A DNA stretch of 64,000 nucleotides from Octopus vulgaris (taxonomy: Eukaryota), in assembly GCA_951406725.2 (NCBI GenBank), contig OX597814.1, positions 207,266,001-207,330,000 on the forward strand. The letters are read 5' to 3'. Below are positions 14,127 through 25,737 of the stretch, piece after piece (within the stretch, counting starts at the first letter, position 1; every line of letters starts with the position of its first letter). Position numbers and translations under genes: made by a program. Below the pieces are notes generated by a model. The model saw nothing but the letters and a program-made list of their open reading frames with translations, had not been told where the DNA came from and searched no databases.

Positions 14127-14347
14127 CCCTTTCATTACCAACCCGGCCAAAACCGGCTCTGGCTCTGTAGTACAAATGTCTTGTTTTCATAAGTTTTGAA
14201 TTAAAATATTCCACTGAACTTAAGTCACAATTTATGTTCCTAACACTAGCTGAATGATAACTAAGTTATTTTACTAAATTCTTTGTTATATTTAAAGTAA
14301 TTGAAAGAAACACAGAGCATCTCAAAATAAATTCAGTAACGAAAGGG
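14127..14347. mobile_element. piggyBac-type MITE subfamily B (also 21802-22005 inverted and 40392-40611)
   Basis: TTAA-CCCTTTCATTAC ... GTAACGAAAGGG-TTAA, with closely similar internal sequence across the copies. Confidence 0.85.
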
Positions 14348-14968
14348 TTAAACAAAATTGTGTTGGGCAAAGAATAGCAAATTGACCCTAGTGTGAGTCT
14401 GTGTGCACAGGTACATGTATATGCTTAGGACCACCTTTGGTCATGATTGACCATGGGATTGCACCTAGAAAGTTTGCCTCCTTGGCAGAAGTCCAGGCAA
14501 GGTTGTTTTGTGGAAGATCGGCAGTTGCCCATGTATACCAGCTTCCTTTCTCCATGCCACTGATGTTATCTAAGGGAAAGGCAAAAGCCGAAACAGCTGA
14601 GTGAACTGGAGCAATGTGAAATAAAGTGGAATAAATTGAACCCACAATCATGTGATTGAGAAGCAAGCATCTTACCACACAGCCACATTTGTGCCCATCT
14701 TATTTGCGAAACAAATGAACATTTATTGCTGAAACCTTTCAAAGTAATTCAGCTTTATTCAATGCCCTGTTGTTCAGCCCCTGGACAATCCTGGTTGAGC
14801 AGACATATGATTAAAGATATTCTTACCTCAATCATTCAATCTTTCTTTGTATCCAAAAGCAAATTATTTCAATTATTTCCCTTTACTAAACAGTAGAGCA
14901 GAATTTAAGGAACATTTGACTTATTTCTAGCATGTCAAACAACCACAATATCTCGTAATCTTATCTGT

Positions 14969-15335
14969 TAAGCGAACCATCCGATCGTGGCCGTTGCCAG
15001 CGCCGCCCCGACTGGCCTCCGTGCCGGTGGCATGTAAAAAACACCATCCGATCGTGGCCGTTGCCAGCCTCGACTGGCTCCCATGCCGGTGGCACGTAAA
15101 AAGCACCATCCAACCGTGGCCGTTTGCCAGCCCCGTCTGGCACCTGTGCCGGTGGCACGTAAAAAGCACCCACTACACTCACGGAGTGGTTGGCGTTAGG
15201 AAGGGCATCCAGCTGTAGAAATACTGCCAGATCAGACTGGGCCTGGTGCAGCCTCCTGGCTTCCCAGACCCCAGTTGAACCGTCCAACCCATGCTAGCAT
15301 GGAAAGCGGATGCTAAACGACGATGATGATGATGA
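14969..15335 (+). mobile_element. SINE family 3 copy (other good copies 48715-49078, 54522-54703, 60815-61119)
   Basis: Same core and (GAT)n tail as 1261-1541, with internal tandem units. Confidence 0.85.
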
Positions 15336-16269
15336 TTATTATTATTATCATTATTATTATTTCTGCTTCTGCTACTGGTACATTGATTAAAAATTAAAGC
15401 AATGAAATTGTAGCATTTTTCTCTTTCTTCTATAATAGCAAATATTAATTACTTTGATTAAACTTCTATCCTTGAATATTCTCTACTGAATTGGGAGACT
15501 CTTTGGCTGTCACCAAATAAGGTACTTCCTTTGTCATGCTCTTAAATGCATACTGCTAGAGCTAAACTACATTTCTGTCTCCTAACTAGTTGCTGTAATG
15601 TTATTTCCTTTTCTCTTTCTCACAGTACATGAATACACATTCTCATAAGTGTGCATGCACATTTACATGTAGGCATGTTCGTTTGCATGCTTGTACAAAT
15701 GTTAGAAGAAAAACTTGTTTCATCCTGGGAATCTTTCTGATGTGGGAAATAAAACAAGTAAAAATAAAGCTTTGTTGTTCAAACATCTAAAATAAAAATC
15801 TATATAGATCTGGTATTGTTCAGAGAATCCTTATTAGATTTTAATGTAAACATGACATAGGTTAATAGGTTATATTTTTAACTTTCGCTAAGGCGGTGAG
15901 CTGGCAGAAACGTTAGCAGGCCGGGCGAAATGCGTAGCCGTATTTCGTCTGTCGTTACGTTGTGAGTTCAAATTCCGCCGAGGTCGACTTTGCCTTTCAT
16001 CCTTTCGGGGTCGATAAATGAAGTACCAGTTAGGCACTGGGATCGATGTAATTGACTTAATCCCTTTGTCTGTGCTTGTTTGTCCCCTCTATGTTTAGCC
16101 CCTTGTGGGCAATAAAGACATATATATTTCTAACTTTCTCCATAAAATAAACAGTAGGATCCTCAAGAACTAGTGGTCAGCTTGCATTTACTAAGTACAC
16201 AAAGGGTTTTTTTTTTTGTTGTTTTGAGTGAAGGACAGATTGCATGATGCTTGTGTATGAAGTATAATG

Positions 16270-16635
16270 CTGCATGGTTGTGAATCATGAGCTTTGAATG
16301 CAGATTATTTGTGAAAGTTAGAAAGAAATTAGATGTGTAATGTTATTGTGCATGAATGATGGGACACAAATGAACTGAGAGAAAAACTGAACATAATCAA
16401 ATGGAGTATGCAAGAGAGAGTACTACATTGATATTCCTGGTGTGTACGAGGAATATCAGGTGTATAAAGATGTGCTAGCGCTTGAAGTGGGCAGAACTTG
16501 TGCAAGAGAGAGACCTAAGAAAACATTGCATAAAGTAGGCAAGACTGATCCCAAGAATCTGAGCCTCATAAAGGGCTGGCAAAGAGCTGTGACATGTTGA
16601 TACATAGGGCTGCAGAAGACTATTTATCCATGCAA
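16270..16635 (+). mobile_element. Degraded RTE LINE 3' fragment
   Basis: Remnant LHGCES.AL, ELREKL and RERPKKT motifs with stops. Confidence 0.5.
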
Positions 16636-16668
16636 GCAGAGTGGTGGTAATAGGGGTGACAATGTTAT

Positions 16669-17064
16669 GAGTGGCTGTGTGGTAAGTAGCTTGCTAACCA
16701 ACCACACGGTTCCGGGTTCAGTCCCACTGCGTGGCATCTTGGGCAAGTGTCTTCTGCTATAGCCCCGGGCCGACCAATGCCTTGTGAGTGGATTTGGTAG
16801 ATGGAAACTGAAAGAAGCCTGTCGTATATATGTATATATATATATATATATGTGCGTGTATGTTTGTGTGTCTGTGTTTGTCCCCCTAGCATTGCTTGAC
16901 AACCGATACTGGTGTGTTTACGTCCCCGTCACTTAGCGGTTCGGCAAAAGAGACCGATAGAATAAGTACTGGGCTTACAAAGAATAAGTCCCGGGGTCGA
17001 TTTGCTCGACTAAAGGCAGTGCTCCAGCATGGCCGCAGTCAAATGACTGAAACAAGTAAGAGTA
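16669..17064 (+). mobile_element. SINE family 1 (tRNA-derived head, internal TA/TG microsatellite, LINE-like tail)
   Basis: A-box-like TGGCTGTGTGGT, B-box-like GGTTCAGTCCC, tail CCAGCATGGCCGCAGTCAAATGACTGAAACAAGTAA. Confidence 0.88.
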
Positions 17065-17306
17065 TTTGAGTCTTTTGCTTATGTTCCTGTTAAATCTTCT
17101 TTTGCCCCCCCCATCTCTTTGTTACACTGTCATCTTGCTCTTGTCTTCTCTCCTATTCTCCCTATTACACTGCATATGTTTTTATATTCAATTCCTCCCC
17201 TTTAACTTTTATCATTCTACTCTTCCACCACAAGGATGGCATCATATCTTTCCATATTCTATATTTCCTACTATCACCCTTCGTTTTACAGCCATAACTC
17301 TCTGTC

Positions 17307-17386
<80 letters not shown>

Positions 17387-18764
17387 TAACATGCACCATT
17401 ACCTGTCTCTATTTTTATCCCTCACTCACTCCATCTTAGTATCAACATATTCATTACTGTCCTTCACACTCTTCCTTTTTTCTCTCTCTGAAGACACAGA
17501 CATTCATTACTTTCTCTTCTATTAGTCTTCCTTGATATACATCACTCTCCTTCACTTCCATCACTCCATTTCTCTTTATCATTTACTAAAAACCTATAGC
17601 TTACCTGTCTATCACTGCATCTCTTTCATCACTCTGCTTCCCTCTTTGTCACTACACTTCTTCTAGTTATTGAAGAAGTGGAAACAACATAGAATGAAGA
17701 GGACTTCTTAGTTTTGCAGAAAACAAGGTAACTTCTCTAAAGCTGGTGCTGTTATGAAATGCACCCAGTACACTGTAAAATAGTTGAGCAAGATGCATTC
17801 CTTTAGCTCAACCAAATAAAAAATGGCTTGGACCCATGACAATCCATTTACTCATCTCAGTTTTGAAAGCAGACATAAAATTGTGGTAATTGAAACCTTT
17901 ATTCACTATTACAAATGTTTGCCCCTTTTATTTGTATCATTCCCCTTATAAATGCTGTTGATTTGTTTCCATTAAAGCATTTGTCATTTGTGGCTGTCAT
18001 CAGGTGTGATAGTGTGCAGAATACCTTTAAAGACTATATAATCAATTGGAGAGGAAGGGGGGGGGCTTTTCTTTATTGATTTTTTTTTTTCATTTGTTGT
18101 ATTTTTGTATTTTTTGTTTGTTTGTTTTTTTCATTTTCTTTGAGTTGTTTGCAAAACTAAGTGTTTCCATTAAAAGTTAACTCATTCAGATGTTTTAATG
18201 AATTGATTAAGTAAGTTACTAGATGTCCTACAGATAAAGAGATGGGTAATGTGTCTATCTAAGACTGCTTATTTGCTATTCGTCAATTTACACCACTAAT
18301 CTTGTATTATATTGCTTTTGCTCACTCACACACACACACACACACGAATATTACGTGTGCGCATGTGTGTGTTTTTGTGTATTTGTCTTCTGTCATCTTC
18401 TAAATAGTGCTTTTGTGCAGGTATACAAAGTCATGTGAAAGTCGATAAAAAGTAGACTCGTACATTTTATTGTCTTCAACGACGTCTTTGTGTGTCTAAA
18501 CAAAAACACTCATTAGAAAATATACGCTCAATATTCAATACTGTGTTTTACCCATTACAAAAATAGAAGAAACATTTAAAATTAAACTACATATATATGT
18601 ATATATATATATATTATCATCATCATCATCGTTTAACGTCCGCTTTCCATGCTAGCATGGGTTGGACGGTTCAACTGGGGTCTGGGGAGCCCGAAGGCTG
18701 CACCAGGCCAGTCAGATCTGGCAGATCTGGCATATATATATATATATATATATATACCAGATCT

Positions 18765-18808
<44 letters not shown>

Positions 18809-18812
18809 TATA

Positions 18813-19063
18813 TTAATCAAAATAAAAACATGATTCAAAGGATTTAGCGGTACATATGTTTCGGGCCTTTATTAGACGGTTTTATAACAATGCATAATTG
18901 ATGTAAATGTGTGTCTATGGCCTTCTTCAGCCGCATACAATTACTACTTCAAGGACATATATTACATTATAAGTTTTACGTTGGGGATGCAAATCCTCAT
19001 AGTCGCGTACGACAAAGTGGGACACCAATACAAAATCGAAGCGTCCATCCCGCTTTTCACTCG

Positions 19064-19065
<2 letters not shown>
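18813..19065 (-). mobile_element. Short (TA)n-embedded element carrying a hammerhead ribozyme (Penelope-like/retrozyme type)
   Basis: About 250 bp of CpG-retaining sequence bounded on both sides by TA repeats, containing the hammerhead at 18847-18934. Confidence 0.6.
18847..18934 (-). ncRNA. Type I minimal hammerhead ribozyme
   Basis: Minus strand: GCGG-CTGAAGA-AGGCCATAGAC...GTCTAATAAAGGCCC-GAAA-CATATG-TA-CCGC. Stem I, both core boxes, stem II, a palindromic stem III and a GUA triplet are all present. Confidence 0.72.
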
Positions 19066-19098
<33 letters not shown>

Positions 19099-19692
19099 TA
19101 AATAATTCAGATTCAGTTGAATTAGGTACTTCTTAAGTTACAACACCAAGTCAGTCCGGTATTAATCCACACAGCTTGAAGTAAGGTGAATAAAATCAAA
19201 ATAAGTAACAGGATATCAAGGGCGATCATTTCAAGCAGCTCCATTTAATTGAACAATGCAATCATGACATCAATTTAAATGCAGTGCCAGCCATTCATTT
19301 GTGCAGCTGAAGATGGCACTGCATTGTAATTGATATGATTGCATTATTCAATTAAATGGACCCGCTTGAAACAGTCATATTGCAGTATTACTTGATATCA
19401 TGTTGCTTATTTTGAGATATATATAAATATATATGTAGGTAGGTAGGTAGCTATATATAAATATTGTCATTGTATCATATATCCAAAGAAGAAGCACACT
19501 CTAAAGCATAGAGCAATAATGTATTAAAGTAATTGAGTCAATGTCCAATGATAGAGTGACCGATGGTTTTGCATCCACAAAGGCTTTTCAGTCTGAAAAG
19601 ATCTCCACAAAGCTAAGGCCTTTGTGGATATAAAACCATTGGTCACTCTATGATCGGACAGTGACTCGATTACTTTTAATATATATATATAT

Positions 19693-20032
19693 ATAGTCAT
19701 CCTCATGTATATATACATATGTATAGTCATCCTCATGTATGTATATACACATATATAGTCATACTTGTGTATGTATATACACATATATATAGTCATCCTC
19801 GTGTGTGTATATATACATATATATAGTCATCCTCGTGTATGTATATATACATACATATAGTCATCCTCGTGTGTGTATATATCCATATATGTATAGTCAA
19901 CCTTGTGTGTGTGTATATATAGTCATCCTCATTTGTGTGTATATATATATATATATACATATGTATAGTCATCCTCGTGTGTGTGTGTGTATATATATAT
20001 ACTCACACACACACACATACGTACGTCATCCT

Positions 20033-20045
<13 letters not shown>
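19693..20045. repeat. Minisatellite with about 28-34 bp units (ATAGTCATCCTCGTGTGT+TA/CA)
   Basis: About ten recurrences of ATAGTCATCCTC or close variants. Confidence 0.85.
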
Positions 20046-20068
<23 letters not shown>

Positions 20069-20935
20069 CAGGATGCTGTGAATAAACTGTCATTTAGATT
20101 ATGCAAAAATGAAAATAACTCTAACATCTCATTTTAACAGATATATTTACCAAAATTATATAAAAATATCTTGAAATACTAAAGAGTAAATTTATTCAAT
20201 AAAATAGCAATTGGCTTCAACCACAGCCTCCAGATGACTTTGGAATCTCCTGCAACTCTTCTGGACGGTTTCCTTGTTTAAGTTGGTGAATGCTTGCATA
20301 ATCCTTGATTTCAGTTCATCTTTGGTGTTACAAGGAGTTCTGTTGGTCTCTTGCTCAACTGCACCCTTCACATAATAATCAAGAGGGCTGCTGTCTGGGG
20401 AGTTAGGCGGCCAGATGTTAGGGGTGATGCTGTCACAGAAATTGTCTGACAGCCATGACTCGGTTCTCCTGCTAGTATGGCATGGTGCAGAGTTCTGTTG
20501 CCAGACTTAGGGTCTTCTAGCAGCCACCCTCTTGACTCAGGGCAACTCTACCTCCTCCAGGCACTTAATGTAGGCTTCTGTGTTAAGTCTGAGATTATGC
20601 AGGAAGATGACTGGAAGCATAATGTCACCATCACTCGTGATCATTCAAAATACCATGATGTTGACTGGATGTTTGATTGTTATCACTCTCGGTACATGTA
20701 CTCAGATTGATACCCAAACAGTCTGAAATGTTTGTATTGGAGCTTCTGGTGTGAATGCCAAGCAGTACACCATGTCATTTCCAAACTTATGGTAGTGAAT
20801 TGTATCATGATACTATTTTTCTCACAGTTGGTGCCCAACTGACCCTACTATACTATATAGTGGGCATAATCAAAAACAGTGTGCATGTGCAAAATAAAAA
20901 ATATAAGATGGTGACAATTTACCCATTGCGCCCTG
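20069..20935 (-). mobile_element. Tc1/mariner DD37D (maT-type) transposon relic, shorter than a full element
   Basis: TA flanks and imperfect terminal inverted repeats. The minus strand reads VWQQNSAPCHTSRRTESWLSDNFCDSITPNIWPPNSPDSSPLDYY, with 37 residues between the second catalytic position (here N) and the third (D). Confidence 0.88.
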
Positions 20936-20984
20936 TATGTATGTATATATGTGTTACATATAAATATAAATATATAAATATATA

Positions 20985-21021
<37 letters not shown>

Positions 21022-22687
21022 GATTATTTGACAGAAGTGCTTTACTACTGCACTAAGTGATGTATTTAGGTTTCATCAACCTCAGGTGTTTTAACTGAGA
21101 TTAACTTAAATCTTCATTCTCTTTGGGAGTCAATAATGAAATTGGAACAGAAATATACCAGGTATCATTTTATGTTGCAAAACCTAAGTAGGAACACCAA
21201 AATAGGCATCCCATTGGATACTGTTCTTACTAGTAAACCATGTCTTTTATGAACTTGTCAGTAGCCCATATTTTTTAGTGTAACAAATGAAGTACTACTG
21301 TGTCAGCAGTAAGGATGAAGTAAAATACCACAAAGGAATGTTCTGCATACTAAAGCATTTGGTTGGTGGAGTCTCATATGTTATCTAGTGAGTTGAATAA
21401 CTTTGCTTCACTTAGAAGTATATTCTTTACTGATGAGGTTTAATATGTTCAAAGCTTATGTTGCTTTCACCAATTGATTTTAAAGATAAGATCACCTCCC
21501 TTCTACATTGTCTTTCAAAAACTTTGATTAGCTGAATTTATTGGTGTTATTTCCATTACTGTTTGATTTCATATTGAACTATTGAAAAAACTGACCAATC
21601 CTAGTTCAATTGTTAACCTTGCAATATGCAAGTAACACTATTTTAAGGTTTATCTTTTTATTCTCTTGATTTAAGATTTAACATTCTACTAATTGCATGG
21701 AGAGTTTCAGTTAATAAAAATTTTTTCAATTCAATATGAGTGACCCTATCAGAAGTACAACTGTGTCTTAGGCAGTTGTGAAGTTACTTATGATAGACTG
21801 ACCCTTTCGTTACCATATTTATTTTGAGATGTTCTGTGTTTATATAACAAAGAATTTAGTAAAATAACTTAGTTATCATTCAGCTGGTGTTCGGAACATA
21901 AATTGTGACTGAGGTTTGGTGGAAGATTTTAATTCAAAACTTATGAAAACAAGACATTTGGACTCAGAACCAGAGCCGGTTTCAGTCGGGTTGGTAACGA
22001 AAGGGTTAATATACTTCCTTTCTTTCATCAACTTTCATTCCCCCCCCCCTTGCTGTTTTACATAGATTTTCTTCACTCAGCCAAAAAGCAGAAGTGGAAC
22101 CTTATTGCTGGATTCACTCAACATAATTAGTTCTGGTAGTAAGGTTTTATCTCACAACCATATTGTCAGATGTACAGCACTTTAACCTTACAAACATCAT
22201 TCTTGAATGCTAACACTAGAAAACGCAAAGGTAAACAGTGGACCTTGGTATTTTGGATTTGTAGAAGACTGTCCCCATCATAATTTTAATGACTATATTT
22301 CCATGCTTTTATGGGGCAGGTGGAACTTGTTGAGGCAGATTTCCTACAGCCAGATGTCCTTGTCACCATCCCTCACTTGTCTTCAAGCAAGATTAATATT
22401 TCCCATGAGCGGACCTGTTTCCACAGAGTGAAAAATGAACGACACTGCTTTCATGATGGTAGCATTCATTTACAACTGCTACTTAATGTCAAAACAAGGG
22501 GGCACACACATCTACATGCATATATATAATGATATATACTTGTTTCAATCATTCGACTGTGGTCATGTTGGAGCACCACCTTTAGTCGAACAAGTCAACC
22601 TGCTACTTTATCAATCTCTTTTGCTGAGATGCTAAGTTACAGGGATGTAAACACGGCAACATCTGTTGTCAAGCGATGGTGGGGAAA

Positions 22688-22730
<43 letters not shown>

Positions 22731-24329
22731 GTATGTATGTGTGTGTGTATGTATATATATATAACGGGCCTCTTTCAGTTTCCATCTACCAAATCCACTC
22801 ACAAGGCTTTGGTTGGCCCAAATTATTGTAGAAAACACTTGACCAAGGTGCCATGCAGTGGGGTGGGGCTGAACCCGGAACCATGTGATAGGCTTCTTTC
22901 AGTTTCCGGCTACCAAATTCTCTCATAAGGTTTTGGTTGCCTTGGAACTATAGTAAAAGACACTTGTCCAAGGTGACATGCTTTGGGACTGAATACAAAA
23001 CCATGTACCTGGGAGTCAACCATGTCTGTGCCAAAGGAAGATGCTTTTTTAGTTGTTGACCACATAAAGACCATCCATGGAGGTAGATGTAACATCTATC
23101 TTCTGCAAGTAATAAAATTATACTCCAAAGCTTCTGTTACAGGTATTTGAAATCTTGACTTTCAGTTTAGTAAATACACAGGTTAACAACCACAATTTCA
23201 TTCATAATATTCTGAATGATGTGTGACTGTGGTCATTCAGAGTAAAAGACAAACACTGTTTAACCCCAGGTTTTTTTATCCTGATTGAGCAGACTTGTGA
23301 TCAAAGGTATTCCAAATGCTGCCATCTCATATCTTTGACATAATACAATTAGGATTACATTATCCAATGTATCTTTTTGTAAATTTGTTTTAAGACAGTA
23401 AAGAGAATTGTGGGAAAAGTGATTTAACTCCTATTTCAAGTATGTTATGTAACCACAGAGGTTCCTGCTTTGGTTCTGAGTCTGTTAGTGAAGCATAGTG
23501 GATTTCATATTGTGGTATTGGAAAACTGGCCAATGATAGTTTAAGCTTTAATCTTGCCAGTAACCATATTCTAATGTTTACATTTTATTCTCTTAATTTA
23601 GTTTTGTTTGAATGTCTTTAATTTGTATTTCCACTGACCAATGAGTGAATGGTTAGCTTAGGTAATGAATAAAATGGAAGGTGTCTGTTGGAAATATGAC
23701 TTTGTAAAGGTTAAACTCTTGAAATTGGATTCAATCTAATCAATTAACTTGGAAGAGCCTTCAAGATTAATTAGCTATTATCCTCTCCTGAATCCGGATA
23801 TATAGTGTACTTTCTGAAGTTTAAACAAAGAGAATACCTCAAGGCATGTTCTTCTAAGCAATTGATCTGACTTTATTAGGTTGGCTTTCAATTAGCCTTT
23901 TTAATTAGCTGACATGTATTCATTACTAAAGCAATTTATATTCTGTCTCCAATTCCCGAGTATAATTTCTGTAATTCTATCAGAAATATTATATTCTCTC
24001 TCCTTTATTCTTTTACTGGCTTCAGTCAGTATGTTATGGACATGCAATGGCACCACCTTCTGGAGATTGTATCAATTATATTAGTTTTAGTACTTTGTCA
24101 ATATTGTTTTATGAACATTGAGGGGAAGAAGGGAAAAAATCAATTTGGGTCTAATGAATATAAAAAAACACCATAAAGTATTTTTGTTTAATGCTCCACT
24201 GAGTCTGCCATCAACCTATCAAAGTATGTATGTGTGTGTATGTATATATATATATATACCGGAGTAAACACATAAATGTGAAACAAGGTGGAAAAAAGAG
24301 TACTCAAATACCAGTGGTAGAGTAATATG

Positions 24330-24431
24330 CTTTATTTAAAGCAGCAGAAAATTCAACAAAACCTGTTACTCTGAGTTTCCCGTTACTCAGAGTAACAGGT
24401 TTTGTTGAATTTTCTGCTGCTTTAAATAAAG
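24330..24431. repeat. Perfect 47-bp inverted repeat with an 8-nt loop
   Basis: 24330-24376 is the exact reverse complement of 24385-24431. Confidence 0.92.
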
Positions 24432-24775
24432 TATATATATATACCAAGTAAGTTAAGGGTTGTGGATCCAACCCACTAAGGGATAATACTTATCCAATAT
24501 ACTGTTGGTATACTACCCAAATTATTAATACATAAGTGTTTTTAATTGCAATGCAATTAACTTATTGTATTAAATGGGTGAAGGTAAAGAAATATTTTAC
24601 TATTAATTTATATTACAAATAAGAAAATGGAGAAACACATTAGTTGGTTCATCAGTTTTAGGATATTAGAATGTTGACTTATTTATTTTGTTTTGATAAA
24701 TAAATCAACATTCTAATATCCTAAAGCTGATATCCTAAAGTTTCTCCATTTTCTTATTTGTAATATATATATATA

Positions 24776-25140
24776 GGCGCAGGAGTGGCTGTGTGGTAAG
24801 TAGCTTGCTAACCAACCACATGGTTCCGGGTTCAGTCCCACTGCGTGGCATCTTGGGCAAGTGTCTTCTGCTATAGCCCCGGGCCGACCATTACCTTGTG
24901 AGTGGATTTGGTAGATAGAAACTGAGAGAAGCCTGTTGTATAGATGTATATATATATGTGTGTGTTTGTCCCCCTAGCATTGCTTGACAACCGATGCTGG
25001 TGTGTTTATGTCCCCGTTACTTAGATGAATAAGTACTGGGCTTACAAAGAATAAGTCCCAGGGTCGATTTGCTCGACTAAAGGCGGTGCTCCAGCATGGC
25101 TGCAGTCAAATAACTGAAACAAGTAAAAGAGTAAAAAAGA

Positions 25141-25143
<3 letters not shown>
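24776..25143 (+). mobile_element. SINE family 1 copy
   Basis: GGCGCAGGAGTGGCTGTGTGGTAAG head through the GAAACAAGTAAAAGAG tail. Confidence 0.88.
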
Positions 25144-25176
<33 letters not shown>

Positions 25177-25534
25177 TCAGCATTGTTTAACATCCATTTT
25201 CTATGCTGGCATGGGTTGAACGGTTTGACAGGAGCTGGCCACCTGAAGAGCAACCCAGGCTCTGTCTGTTTTGGCATGGTTTCTTGACTGGATGCTCTTC
25301 GTAATGCCATCCACTTTGCTGAGCGTGCTGGGTGCTTTTCATGCAGCACTAACATGTGTGTATTTATGTGGCACTGTGCAGGTGCTTTTTAGATGGCACC
25401 GGCACCCATAAACTCACAAGGTTAGGAATGCTCAACTGGAGTCATGCAAGAGCAACCACGCTTTTACTTGGCCTTCACGTCTTTTCAGGCATAGCAAACT
25501 GCCTGCACCCTGTCATCTTCCCTGGGTCATAATG

Positions 25535-25544
<10 letters not shown>

Positions 25545-25609
<65 letters not shown>

Positions 25610-25699
25610 ACACACACACACATGCACATACACACACACACACACATGCACATACACACACACACACATTCACATACACACACACACACACACACACAT

Positions 25700-25736
<37 letters not shown>
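25545..25736. repeat. Long compound (CA)n microsatellite
   Basis: About 190 bp of CA repeats with CATG/CATA interruptions. Confidence 0.95.

Positions 25737-25737
<1 letters not shown>

Noticed and set aside
14970-15170. CRISPR-like periodic repeat GTGGCACGTAAAAAGCACC
   Set aside because: The spacers are related to each other, the array is part of a dispersed eukaryotic SINE, and there are no cas genes.
16669-16745. tRNA-like sequence with A and B boxes
   Set aside because: It is the head of a multi-copy SINE, with no convincing cloverleaf or terminator.
18470-18520. Possible further hammerhead on the minus strand (CTAATGAGTG..CAC..AAAGACGTCGTT)
   Set aside because: Both core boxes are mutated, so it is too degenerate to call.
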